From Glaucostegus cemiculus (Eukaryota), in the NCBI GenBank assembly GCA_976551045.1, contig CDPCPM010000148.1, positions 1,178,001 through 1,242,000 of the forward strand: a DNA stretch of 64,000 nt, given 5' to 3'. Made by a program: the position numbers and the translations under genes. The notes below the pieces were generated by a model. The model had not been told where the DNA came from. It made no database searches and saw nothing but the letters and a program-made list of their open reading frames with translations. Shown piece after piece: positions 11,850 through 23,368 of the stretch; the first letter of the stretch is position 1; the number at the start of each line of letters is the position of its first letter.

Positions 11850-12950
11850 AAGTTACACCATTTAACAATCGTAGGGAGAACTAAAACTAAACAAAGAAAT
11901 ATGGGTCAATATGTGGTACTAATAACCTGCCGAGCGCATCACAAAATACAAAACCTATAACAACTAAAACGAGGGTGTTGGCCCAGTGGGTGACAGTTGC
12001 CTAACATCCCTTCCAGTGACCCAAACGACCACCTGTTACCTATAAGGTGTCGTGCCGGAGGAGCTGCTCCCTTGGTTTTGAATTTTGGCCACCGAGTCAT
12101 TAAAGTGAGAGGCCAGGTTGCTGGGGGTGCTGGATCTGTTAGAGGTAAAAGTGCCTTACTGCTTACTAATCACTGCACACGTACCACATACTAGCGGGTA
12201 GGTCATCCAGCGCCGTCCTTGTCTGGAACGCTCTGGTCATTTGCATGATCTCATGGGGACAGGCTGACTGTGAAATACGGGGGGCAGGTGATCATGCAGA
12301 ACCTCTCCGCCTCCGTGATGGCCCTGCTGTCCTTGCAGCCGCTGTATGGCGGGTAATCCCCGGGTCATCGATCATGGATTCAGGGCACCACAAACACTGG
12401 AAAGTAGCACCAGTACCAGCTGGTGGGGAGCCACGGGTCGGTACTGTAGCCGCAAATCCAGTGCGTCCTGTTCAAAGTTAAGGGACGCCCCAGATTTGCG
12501 GCACCATCGGCAGTGGTCATGGAGGACTCAGTAATTGTGGAATGCACTGAGCGTCGCGACTCGGGTGGAGGCCAAATTGTAGGAAGGGAAATACCAGCTC
12601 CTGAAACACCCACCCCACTGGGAATCCTTAGATGGACTGTGCTGCAGTGATGTGGGAGGGATGATGGGGGGGGGGGCGTAAAAAAACAATATACCGAACC
12701 CGACAGGCGCAACAGGAAAAAAAAAAGTCCATGTAACCAGTTCATTTCGAAAAGTATCCAAAGGAATCGTTGTCAATGGCAGAGTTTCACCGGCGTGTGC
12801 TGCGATTCGGAGGTAGGTCCAACAGTTCAATACATTACAGGTGCTGGCGAACTCGTAGGCAACTCTGAGGAAGGTTTAATCAGACGTCTCGATGCCAATC
12901 ATCGCGGTGAACAGGATGAGGGAGTGGACTTATTCCATCATCCTGTAGGG
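11850..12950 (-). pseudogene. env: ERV env remnant (gamma-type SU/TM)
   Basis: NCWTY...LPLTTIPL sits in the CWxC region. LNRTHWICGYSTDPWLPTSWYWCY resembles the SU C-terminus. RAITEAERFCMI resembles the TM start. AFQTRTALDDL..GTCAVISK is a degenerate LQNRxALDxL/CX6CC. Many stops and frameshifts. Confidence 0.7.
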
Positions 12951-12999
12951 GAGGTGGGGGAGGAGATAAACTCACTTCCGGCAGGTAGCAGTTGCGTCT

Positions 13000-15900
13000 G
13001 AAGACAGATCATATGGTTCGACCCGGGATTGCAACCCAACCGGTGTCCCCGGGACCGCGCGCAAGGACTTCTGAGTGGAACTTTGTCACTGCCGGACCCA
13101 GACTCTCCCGGAATACGCGGCCCCGGGATGTTCGGGGTCTTGCAAGTCGGCTGACGGGGAGTAAGCCAGGTGGTGGGATAATGGAGACCCCCGTTGGCCA
13201 GTGGGCCGTGTGTTGAGCTGATCGACGGCCTGCTGCAGCACACTCGACCACCCCTGCAACGTGCGAGAGGGCGTCAGCGTGCAGGCCGTTCATTTTTTCT
13301 ATCATGCCCGATGCCTGGGGATGGCAGGGATATGGAACAGCTAAGTGTTCCCCACCTCCGCCGCCCAGTTTTGTATCTAGGCCCCTGATCGGATTGTACC
13401 TCCCATGGGACTCTGTAGATGAAGAAGAGGTACCGCAAACCATTGGTGCTGTTTATTCGGTCCTGTCACAGGGCAACTCCACCAGGACACCCGAGTATTT
13501 ACCACCATCATCAGAGTGTATTTCTTTTTTACACTGGCGTAGGAGCGGTCCGATGTAATGTACAACCACACGCGACCACTCCCATGCTGCTGCGTATGTG
13601 ACCGTCTGGCCCCGCCGGCCAGCGTCGTGGTTTCACCTGCTGGCAGATGGGGCAGTTTCTGACAGTGGTCTTACACAGATCCACTGTGAGAGCCACCCCG
13701 AACTGATCTGCCCAGCACCGCGTACCGTCAGCCCCGTGGTGACCCCTCTTACGGTGTGCCCATACAGCAAGGGCACTGAGGTCAGTTTCATGCGGGGGAA
13801 CGGTAGCGCAACATATCTGGGCAGCCTGGTTCACAGCGGCATTATTGATGGCCTCCTGTGTCTTTTTATGTGTAGGGGCTTCCACGTGGTGGAATGATAA
13901 GTGTGTATGGGCGGTTGGTCCCAGACATAGTTTTCCTGCCCCCAGAGGGGGGCTTTCGTGAATTCCCCACTCCGTTTAGTGCAACCGCGCCATCCACACC
14001 GCTATACCGTTGGCTGCTGTCCACTAGTCGGTATAAATATGGACTGCCCTGGTGGAGATCTGTAGCGTGAGTGCGACCGGCGCTAGCTCCCCCAATTGAC
14101 TGGACCCTCCCGCTCCCTCTTTTCTTAATGTTTTTCCCGTGGCCGGATGAAGTGCCGTCGCTTTCCAATGCTGGTTCCCGTTCATCGACGCGTCTGTGAA
14201 CCAGACGTGCAGTTACTGCCCGGTTTCAAGGAAGTCGGAAGGTTGGCCCCAGGATATGGGGAGTGCGTGATCTCGGTCAGAGGGGGTGCCCTGGGATTGG
14301 GGAAAGGGCATGATCTGTTCGTGGTCAGCTGATCCCTTCCGGACTGGCTTTGGCCCGGTCCGCGACGTACCACTTCCACTTCACTACCGAGGACCTATGG
14401 GGTCCGCCGTCTTTGTGAGTGGAGTCGGGGAACTTGACCCACCGCATGATGGGCAGGTTGGGTCGAAGGATCACGTGGCCGTTACCAGTTTGGTGCTGGG
14501 TTGCGAGGAGCACCATGTAACAGGCCATCAGCTGGCTCTCGAAAGTGCTGTTGCGAGCAGAGTCCTCAGGCAGTGATTTGGTCGAGGAGCAGAGATGGGC
14601 TCTGCGCCCCTGGACCTTCCGCCAGGGGCTCCACTCAGCAAGCGACTCCCTACTGGAGACCTGTAATCCGAAGGGGACCCCTTCCTGTCGGGGGGCGAGG
14701 GGCAGCTTGCTCCGTTGTCTCAAAGGCAGCCTACTGTTCAGGCCCCCAGGAGAAGGTGGCCTTTTCCCAATAAAGCCTATGGAGCTGTCTCAGGAGAATT
14801 GAGAGGTGGGGGATGTGCTGTCGCCAGTACCCAAGGAGACCCACGAAACTCTGGGTGTCATTCTTGTTAGTGGGGACGGCACACTTTAAAATATTGTTCG
14901 GTGCAGACTCTGGATTATCTCTCCTGCCTGCGTGCCATCGGATTCAAGGTACAAAACATTCTGGGCTGAACTTGTACTTTTTCAATGTTAATGGCCCAGC
15001 CCCGCTCTCTGAGGGAGGATAGTAACATCTGAAGGGCCTCTGAAACAGTGGCCTTGTAATGTCCTTGTAGGAGTACGTCATCAATGTAATGGGTGGCTAC
15101 CACCCCCTGGGGGAGTTGACTGGTTTGCAGGTCCTGTGCGACTCACCCATGACATATCGTTGGACAATGGTTGTACGCCTGTGGTAGACTTTGAACGCGT
15201 ATGTTCTCCCGTCCCAGGTGAATGCAATTTGGTCCTGGGAGGTGACGTGAAGGGGGATGGAGAAAGATGCATTGGCCAAATCGCAAACGGCACGCCATGG
15301 TTTGTCTGGACGCCCTGAGACATTCTCCACGAGGGTTACTATATCAGATACTGCAGAAGCGGGGAGTGGAGTGAGTCCACTGTCATGCTCCAGGTCCCGT
15401 TCTTTTTACGGATGGGCCAGACGGGGCTATCAAAAGAGGAGGCTGCGGGCCGAATGTCTCCCGCCCGCTGCAAGGCTTTAACGGCCTGTGTGATATCTTG
15501 GCGTCCCCCCGGCACTATATACTGCCTTGAGGGTAGAGTGGGGGTAAAGCAACCGGTTCCCATTTGGCCGCCACGACTACCACCGTAGCTCGGACGACTC
15601 CAAAAGTGAACGTGCCTCGGTTGGTGTGCAGGTACTGTCCCTCTATGGCATTTGTACCCAGTGTGCATTCAGGCGAATCTGCAATTAAAACGGCCACAGT
15701 TCGAGGAGGTTGGTTCCCCACTGCCATTCGGACCTTGACTTCCCTCGTGGGCAAAAGGGACCCCCAACCCCTCTATCTGCATCTGTGGCCCCTTCCAAAC
15801 AGCGGCGTTCCCTGGGCCGATGGGTGTGCTGGGCACCCGTGTACACGAGTGCCATCCACCTCCGCACATTCCCCTTTCCCCGGTGTATCGCTGTGGGTAT
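13000..15900 (-). pseudogene. pol: ERV pro-pol (protease, RT, RNase H, integrase), frameshifted
   Basis: Protease ALVYTGAQ (DTG changed to YTG). RT motifs SPVWPIRKKNGTW, DLANASFSIP and HYIDDVLL. TFESQLMACY..WKWYV. Integrase zinc finger H..GH...CPICQ and core HPQASGMIEKMNG. Confidence 0.92.
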
Positions 15901-15958
15901 GTGTGGCCTCAGGTCCCCCGGGAGCGGAATGGTGACGGGGCAGACGCTGGCCTTCATC

Positions 15959-17465
15959 CTATGGGACGGCGGTGGGCGTCTGCAACCCCTTGCCTGATGG
16001 TTCCTGTTGGCAGAAATCGTACATTTCCTGTCGCAGCCGGCCCCGGAGCTCAGTCCTGAGGGTAAGGGAGACTATTTCAGGTGGGATAAGGACAGAGGCA
16101 GTATCAGTGTCTGCGGGAGCAGCCCGAGTGGACCGGCGGTTCGGGGAGCCCCTTAAGTCTGACCTGGACCAGGCGTGGCTGTGGATCTTACCTGAGTCGG
16201 GCTTCGCCCCGCCGAGCTCCTTCCATCGTGCGTGGAGAGCGGAGTTCGCGACCCCATCCGTGCTGACGCGGTCCACCCCTGCGCGTAAGATGTCCAGGTA
16301 CAGCTGCTTGCGCGTGAGACGAGACTTGGTGTCCCCATCCCTCGTCTCCACTCTCCGGACCGGGTTGCGCTTCTCCCGCTGCATTTACGCTAGCCCTTCC
16401 AGGAGAAGGATGGCTTCCCGTAGGTCTTTCCAATAGCCGGTCCCATGAGGGGCAGGACCACTGGCTTCAGCTCGGGGCGCGCTGTGGCGACCAATTATCC
16501 CGCTGGCGCTCTGGTCGCTGTGGTATTGTCCAACAGCTCGAGGTCGCCCGTCCCCGCACAGATGCCGGTCACTGGTGCCCATTCTCTGATGTCCCTGGTG
16601 CCCTCACTCACTGTGCTCCACTGTGGCCGGCCGTAAATGTCCCGCCCGAGGAAGGTATGGCACCGGAGCCTCACGGTGGGCACTAACCGATCCCACAGAG
16701 TGGCGGTGAACCCTAAGTTTTTTCTGTGGCTGCCGCCAGGCGTTATATATGCTCTGTTTGCCAGGCAAGATCCCTAGGGCACGTCTCCTTGTGAGAGATG
16801 CTCACGTTGGAAGCCCCCTCATCCCACAGTCCAAGCAGTCGTGCGGACAGCTGTTCGTCCGTTCGCTGGCAGTACAGCTGTGCCAGCTGAGTAACCCCGT
16901 TAACGGAGAAGTCCCGAGTCTCCGTGGTCTCGGAGGGACTGCGGGCATATTCCATTGCGGAAAAAGGCTCCATCCCCACTCCACTTCTGTGGCGGACCTG
17001 GGGCCACCTGACGGTGACGAGAATTCAGAGGCTCAGGTGCGTTAGGGGGAGTGTGGTTGTGCTGGGACTCCGGATTTTTGGGTATCCTCTCATCATTATC
17101 CATCCATAGGTCCCCCAGCCAAGAGGCCATCTTTACGCCTCGCTGGACCAAGGCTCGGATCTTTAATGGGTCTGGCTGCCCATTCAACCTCGGTACGCCT
17201 AGCTTCGAGGGCGCTGGCCCGGTTCTGTGCAGTCTGGTCCACCTCCTTCAGTGTACAGCATCGCTGCTGTCACACCTTTATCTCCCAACCTGGTGTCCTG
17301 GGGGGATGCCATCAGCGAGAAGGCATCCCTGTGTGGCTCTGGAGAACGCTGACCTCTGGGGGAGGGCGACCACGTGGTGCCCCAGTTTCTCACCACGTGG
17401 ATCCAACTGCTCAGCCCAGTCCACTGGTTTACAGAGAACTGCCAGTGCTGTTCAAGCTCCCACAT
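15959..17465 (-). pseudogene. gag: ERV gag, ERV-L/Fv1-like, disrupted
   Basis: QLAQLYCQRTDEQLSARLLGLWDEGASNVSI and TRKQLYLDILRAGVDRVSTDG resemble ERV-L-type Gag. No CCHC knuckle seen. Confidence 0.8.
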
Positions 17466-17496
17466 CTCTAACTGTCATCCCTGAAATCCGGGAAAT

Positions 17497-17519
17497 CGCA
17501 AGAGGGGGTGTGATGCGCG

Positions 17520-17597
<78 letters not shown>

Positions 17598-17987
17598 GCT
17601 GCTTGGTTACAATTAATCAGGGAAGTAAACAATACAATGCCTGAGCCCCTGACGCTCGGCAGGTATCGGCTCTACGCTACAGGGAATCTCTTAATCCCTA
17701 CGGAATTGCACACTCTTAACAATGGTCTTCGGCCTGGTTTCGGTTCCTGCAGCAATCAAAAGAGCGAGAGAATCACGCACATAGGGCATTCTTTATAGTA
17801 CTAGAGAATAGGGTGGAGCGATTCAAAAGGTCCAATAGGACATGGCCAGGTGAAAAAGTGTGTGCAGAAGCTAATATTCAAGAGTGTACACTCATGGATG
17901 TGTCGAGCTAGACCTTGATTTGCATTGGTGTCGCCTCCGAACAGTGCTCAATGGGGTCACGTGACAGCCATGAGCCTTCACACTACG
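17497..17987 (-). repeat. ERV 5' LTR-like sequence, divergent and truncated
   Basis: Shares colinear blocks with 11141-11836: GTAAACA..ATGCCTGAGC, TATAGT.CT.GAG...GGGTGGAGC, ACCTTGATT...TGGTGTC, CAGCCATG...CA.ACTAC. Confidence 0.7.
17525..17596. repeat. (CA)n microsatellite
   Basis: Perfect CA run. Confidence 0.97.
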
Positions 17988-18029
17988 TCGGCTCATGAAA
18001 CTGAGGATGGGTCTCCATCACATTTTTAT

Positions 18030-18335
18030 TTGATGGTTTCTCTGTCTATTTCAGTATGTTATCTCTCTGTCTGTCTCTCTTTTATGTGTCTGTGTGACTG
18101 TGTGTGTACATGAGTCTCTCTCTGTCGTTCTGTCTCTGCCTGTCTGTCTGCCTTGCGATCTGCCTGTCTCTTTTTCTCTCTGTCTATGTGACTGTGTGCA
18201 TCTGTGTCTTTTTGTCTCTGGTCTGTCTGCATCTCTCTCTTTCACTCAATGTGTCTGTGTGACTGTGTCGGGATTTGTCTCTGTCTTGGCCTCTGTCTCT
18301 CTGTGTTTCCATCTACCTATTTACCTGTCTGTCTA
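18030..18335. repeat. TC/TG-rich low-complexity tract
   Basis: Degenerate TCTG/TGTC repeats. Confidence 0.8.
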
Positions 18336-18979
18336 AGATACGAGGTAGGCTGGAAACAGAACGGACAGCTCCACCTTTCCATTGTTGGTCCGAGCACCGT
18401 GGGAAACAGGCTGACAATTTCCTCCCTCTCGATGTTCATTCCCTCGACATGAGCGACCGACACTGCTCTTTGTTTTCTCAACTCCAAGTGCGTTATTCTC
18501 TTCCCTGTTCAACCCGGATCCAACCCTCCTTCTTGACTAAACCATCTGTCTCTGGGATGGATCCCGTCACAGTTAAACAAGGATAGTGACTGTGGTAGTG
18601 AGAGAGACACGCAAGGAACTTTCACATTGGAAGAGCAACAGTTCAATTTCACCAGAGCTACCTGGCAATCTATTTCTCTCAATTTGATGATTCCTCTTTT
18701 GCAAAATTGTTTTTTTTTTTATATGACATTATGACTTGTACCTTTACTACTGCCACAAAATAAAACAATTAACGACATGTGGCAGTGATAAAAAAGCACG
18801 TTTCACGATTCTGATTCTGAATTTGGATGACTCATGGCTTCAATTCCGTGGTTTCCTTTCCTTCCCCCTGAGATGGTATCGAGAGGTCGTAAATGCACGT
18901 CCTTGCTGTCGAGGAAGTCTGTGTTCGGCACAAATGGCAGTTGGATTGCCCTGATCGCGCGGTAGAATAGCATTGGATC

Positions 18980-19410
18980 GTACTCTTTCTCTTCCTCCTC
19001 TCACTCTCTCATTCTCTCTCTTTCTATCTCGATCACCCTCGCTCTGCATCACGCTCTCTCAGCGCAGAGCGGATAGCATGGACACGTGCGCGCATACACA
19101 CTCAGAGGCAACACGCACAGGAACACCTACAAGCACAGATACACAAACACAAGAGAACAGACAGAGAGAGAGTTGGAAATCAGAGAGACATACAACATTC
19201 AAAGAAACACACACTGAAGCAGACATTAAAGCACACACTCACATTTATACACACACACACACTGACTGACAATGGCACACGGACAGACACAGAGTCATTT
19301 CAACGGACAAGGACGACACAAGATTCACACAAACAATCGCACAACAGAACCAAACACTGTACACATAAAAATACACACAAACGCAAACTCACACTGGCAA
19401 ACGCACATTT
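18980..19410. repeat. TC-rich then CA-rich low-complexity tract
   Basis: Degenerate dinucleotide repeats. Confidence 0.75.
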
Positions 19411-19520
19411 GAAGACGAAAAATAATACAATGTTAACACAAATCACAACTTCCTTCAGCGTCATGATGTTAGCATGTCAACTCTATCCAGGCGTGGAGAA
19501 ATTGGACGAATTCAATAACA

Positions 19521-19601
<81 letters not shown>
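19521..19601. repeat. (ATT)n microsatellite
   Basis: Perfect trinucleotide run. Confidence 0.97.
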
Positions 19602-20344
19602 GTGTTACGAGTAGTAAGTGTAAATTGGTATTTGCTTTTTATTATCACATGCACGAAGATGTAGTGAAACAGAAAATGAACGATTGCACTAAATGTATTA
19701 AATACATCTGCTGAGAGGCGCATTCAAAGAGTCGCGTCGTTCCGCGGTTTAGTGGTAACATTTAGTGAAGGCATTGAAAGGAATGAAATATGGGATTCAT
19801 GTTGGATTCGTGCGGATGTGCGGTTGGCGAAGGGCGGAGAGTTGGGTGGCCGAAGGATCCCTGTATTCTTGCTGTTCCCCTCCACAATACTAACTGCTCC
19901 GCTTCAAAACTTTGCTGATGCTAGTCTCTTGCGCAATTCACCAAAACCCACTTCACTGAATATCAGCAACCACAGCGGTATCGCATCGGATTCTCTTGCA
20001 TTTTGTCAACGCAGCTCACCACAAAGAAAGAGGCAATTGAGCCCATTGAGTCCATGCTGGTTCACTGTGCAATTTAATTGCACCTCAAATCTTCCCTGTT
20101 TCCTATTCGCCCGATTCTGCTCCTCCGCCCATCTCACAACAAGATTCAGCAGGACTGATAACATCAGCTCCAGGTCAAGACACAAGCTCTGCACTAATTC
20201 CATCGAAGATTGAACCTCTGCAGGGCTGCAATAACTGACTCGCACCGATGTCTTTACAGCACATGGACTTCTCTGCCCCTTAGTACCACAGACTTTAATC
20301 CCTCGTTGGGAACACAAAGCACAGTCTTTAATGGAGAAATAGAG

Positions 20345-20700
20345 TTGCCGAGCACAGAAACGGGCTCTTCAACGCACCACGTCTGTGCAGACCATTGTAA
20401 CAATCTCCACCGGTGCCAAGAACGTGCATTATCTTTCCATGATTTGCCGATGAATGTACATGTCTGAATGTCTCTTCAACGTAGTATTGGATCCGCCCAA
20501 CTACTCTGAAGTTCCAGATATCAACCCACCTCTGTGGAAATGAAAAGACGAAACCGCTCACACTTACTGCAGAGCCTCTTCCTCTCATCTTAACCATTGT
20601 CCAGTTCCATTCAATGATCCAGTGGGGGAATGGGTATATTGACTATCTACCCTATCTTTACCTCTGCTAAACCTGGACACCTCTATCTGATGAATTATCA
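20345..20700 (-). mobile_element. Old CR1 3' fragment predating the duplication
   Basis: Reverse-complemented CR1 tail AGCACAGAAACGGGCTCTTC. An equivalent lies at about 39465-39790. Confidence 0.6.
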
Positions 20701-20939
20701 TTGATCAAGACATCTTCCCAGAATATTGACTGGAAGAGAACCCGCCTATTACTGATGAACCTGACACACGTGAATGTTCATTCTTTTCACTCCTCGGAGA
20801 TGATTGAATGACATCACTCGAATGTCCGAGCGCTGTTTGTGTTAAATTAGACACTTCAGTCAGTGGGCCTGAAATAATGTGTTTGATGACATGGCTAATA
20901 TGATGTTGCAGATTCAATGCTCATAGGTTTTAACTCCGA

Positions 20940-20946
20940 TATAAAT
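20940..20946 (+). promoter_or_regulatory. TATA-like box of copy C
   Basis: TATAAAT 80 nt upstream of the ATG; the same spacing occurs in copy D. Confidence 0.5.
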
Positions 20947-21019
20947 TGGGAACACTTGCTCAGAGTTTCTGCCGGAGCAGCTGCAGGCAGGGGGACAGAG
21001 GACGCCGCCTCCGACGACA

Positions 21020-23368
21020 ATGGGGATTATATCGGAGGTAATCAGGAGCATCGAGCGTATTTATTATCCTGTGATTTCAGCCATTGGTATTCCTGGTAAG
21101 ACTCGTTTCTCGCGGTCGATGACGTTCACTGTGCTGTGTTTTGCGGTTTCATTGCCGGCGCCGCCTGCTTTCCTCAGCCGTCTGCTCGGACCCAGCCGGT
21201 CGGCGATAGAATGTACCAACAGACAGCTTCCTCAGTTTGTAACTGAACAGAGACAGCTCTCTTCCTCCAAGTCAGGCAAAGCTAGAGAAGCAAGGGGGTC
21301 AAAGATTACCGACGGATTTGAGAATGCGGCATTGTTGGGGCAAATGTATTAACCGTGATCCGACAGTAAAGAGGAGGCGGAGGGACCGACCTGTTCTCCT
21401 GAAGAGCATACAACGGCGACGTTTTTGTCAACATAAGACACTAAGATCAAAAACCGAACGAACTACTATTTTTGACTATCTCATTCACAGCTTTCAAGCT
21501 CTGCTGAATGGAGATCACTTGAGATAATGTCACATCCATCTTCAGATTACGTTAGCCCTTATCCATTTGAACGCTCACGATCCTGACCACAAACCCTTCT
21601 GCTCAATGTCCCATTGAAAATACCGCCAGGGCTGGACAATCACAGCAGGTCAGGTAGCATCTGCACAAAATGGCACTGTTAACGTGTTTTCTGCAGAACC
21701 CAAAGGTGCGTCTCGTTGAGCGCCCTGCTCCTGTAAAAAGGTGCTCAATTCTGAAATCTGTTTTCCCCCAGCATCCGGGAACGTTGATTGCCCAGGGCAG
21801 ATTGTCCCCAACTTGTACTGTTGATGATGGGGAGACAATGGTCATTTTAATGGGGGATGTTCAATGACAACAGAATAGAATTGCTGTGAAACGGTGTTTG
21901 ATGGTTGGCGCGGACGGTGAGCCGAATACGTTGTTTCTCTGCTCTATCACTGCGTGACAAGTGACCATCAGTGGACTGTTCAATACATCAGCTGTTTTTT
22001 GAGACCGGTATTTTGTAGATACCCTGAAATAATATATCGTAAGGCTAACTCCTGTGTCACCCTTTTCTATTCTCCAAGATAGCCAAACCAATGCACATAC
22101 GCAAACCACCCAACTCGGTGCTTCCGTCTGGGCCTCGCATCCCACCATATCACATTGGAATCGTCTCCATTAGGTACCACGTCCTCCCGAATGGACTACA
22201 GCCATTCTCGGCTTCGGGGCTCAATTTCTTTTCTTTTGGCGTCGACACGATGTTTCATGATTTACCATAACCGAAGGCATGGCGCTGTATTGTTGTATGG
22301 TTCTATCGTTCTATGGTACAACTGGCCCTTCACAGTGTAGGGAAGGCAGATACTGAGGAGCCGATCCGTTTCTCTGCAGGTTGTGCAATGTTATTCCAAA
22401 TTTCACCGCAATCTGTTGCGTCCAGCGACAAGCAATAATTTATCTTCTTCTTTCTCTCTCTTTCAGTTAACCTGGTGGCGATTGTGATCCTGTCCGGGGA
22501 AAGTGCGATCTTTCCAAATGTATCACTCGCTACCTGGTGGCCATGGCGGCGGGCGACCTCCTGGTCGTTCTCACTGATTAAATTACTGAGGTGGACTGGT
22601 CAAATTTATTTCCCAGATTCATTCCTGCGCATAACTCCCGTGTGCAGTCTCGCTGTCGTCCTACTTCGTGCGGCCACGAATGTCTCTGTTTGGCTGACGG
22701 TCGCTTTCACCTTTGATCGATTTGTGGCCATTTGCTGTGAGATGCGAAAAGCAAAATATTGCACCGAGAGAACGGCGGCTCTGGTTATAGGGACAGTGAG
22801 TGTGCTGAGCTGTCTGGTCACCGCACCTTGGTACTTTGTTTATAAAGAGGAACGTTTCATTAATGGTGATCCCTGCGAATGCACAGTGAAACTGAGCTTC
22901 TACACTTCATCAGCCTGGGCCGCATTTGACATCGTAGACCGCATCTTAACGCCTTTCCTTCCCTTCTTCCTGATCTTGCTGCTCAATGCAATGACGGTCA
23001 AGCGCATCATAGAATCCAGTAGGGTTCGCAAGGGACTCCGGGTCCGCAGCAATGGAGAGAATGTCAAGGATCCGGAGATGGAGAACCGAAGGAAGTCCAT
23101 CGTTTTACTCTTCAGTATCACCGGCAGTTTGTTGTGGATGACGAAAGTTGTGTTCAACATTTACAGGCGGTTTGCATACAATAAGTCGAACTTGACACCA
23201 GGGCTTTTTATCACGCAACAAACATCATTCATGTTCCAGCTTCTCAGTTCCTGCACCAACACTTGTTTTTATATCCTGACACAGAGCAGATTCAGAGAGG
23301 AGCTGAAGAACGCGGTGAAGTACCCAGTGAAATTAATTGTTAAATGTGTCAACACCAGAAACTCCTGA
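21020..23368 (+). CDS. GPR139-like GPCR copy C (exon 1 21020-21095; exon 2 22467-23368): open 325-aa frame, but ICL1/TM2 is scrambled by compensating frameshifts
   Basis: MGIISEVIRSIERIYYPVISAIGIP followed by G|GTAAG; acceptor TTTCAG|TTAAC. Motifs WLTVAFTFDRFVAIC, DPEMENRRKSIVLLF and LLSSCTNTCFYILTQSRFR. It may be a pseudogene despite the open frame. Confidence 0.85.

Larger units (their letters stand above)
11141..17987 (-). mobile_element. Degraded endogenous retrovirus, class III (ERV-L/S-like): LTR-gag-pro-pol-env-LTR
   Basis: Retroviral motifs occur in canonical order on the minus strand (see sub-features), with a polypurine tract AGGGGTGGGA (11846-11837) abutting a TG...CA LTR. Confidence 0.92.

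Noticed and set aside
16385-16387. Programmed readthrough stop in gag
   Set aside because: The TAA lies within Gag-like sequence, not at the gag-pro junction, in an element with many other lesions; it is most likely decay.
15564-17644. Long plus-strand ORFs antisense to the ERV (for example 15972-16436 and 17051-17644)
   Set aside because: Expected in GC-rich retroviral sequence; no recognisable domain.
18600-18700. Possible Penelope GIY-YIG remnant
   Set aside because: Similarity is too short and degraded to support by eye.
19409-19723. Poly-Tyr and poly-Ile ORFs
   Set aside because: Artefacts of the (ATT)n microsatellite.
20006-20317. 103-aa minus-strand ORF in the duplicated upstream block
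   Set aside because: The paralogous region near 39100-39420 does not preserve the frame.
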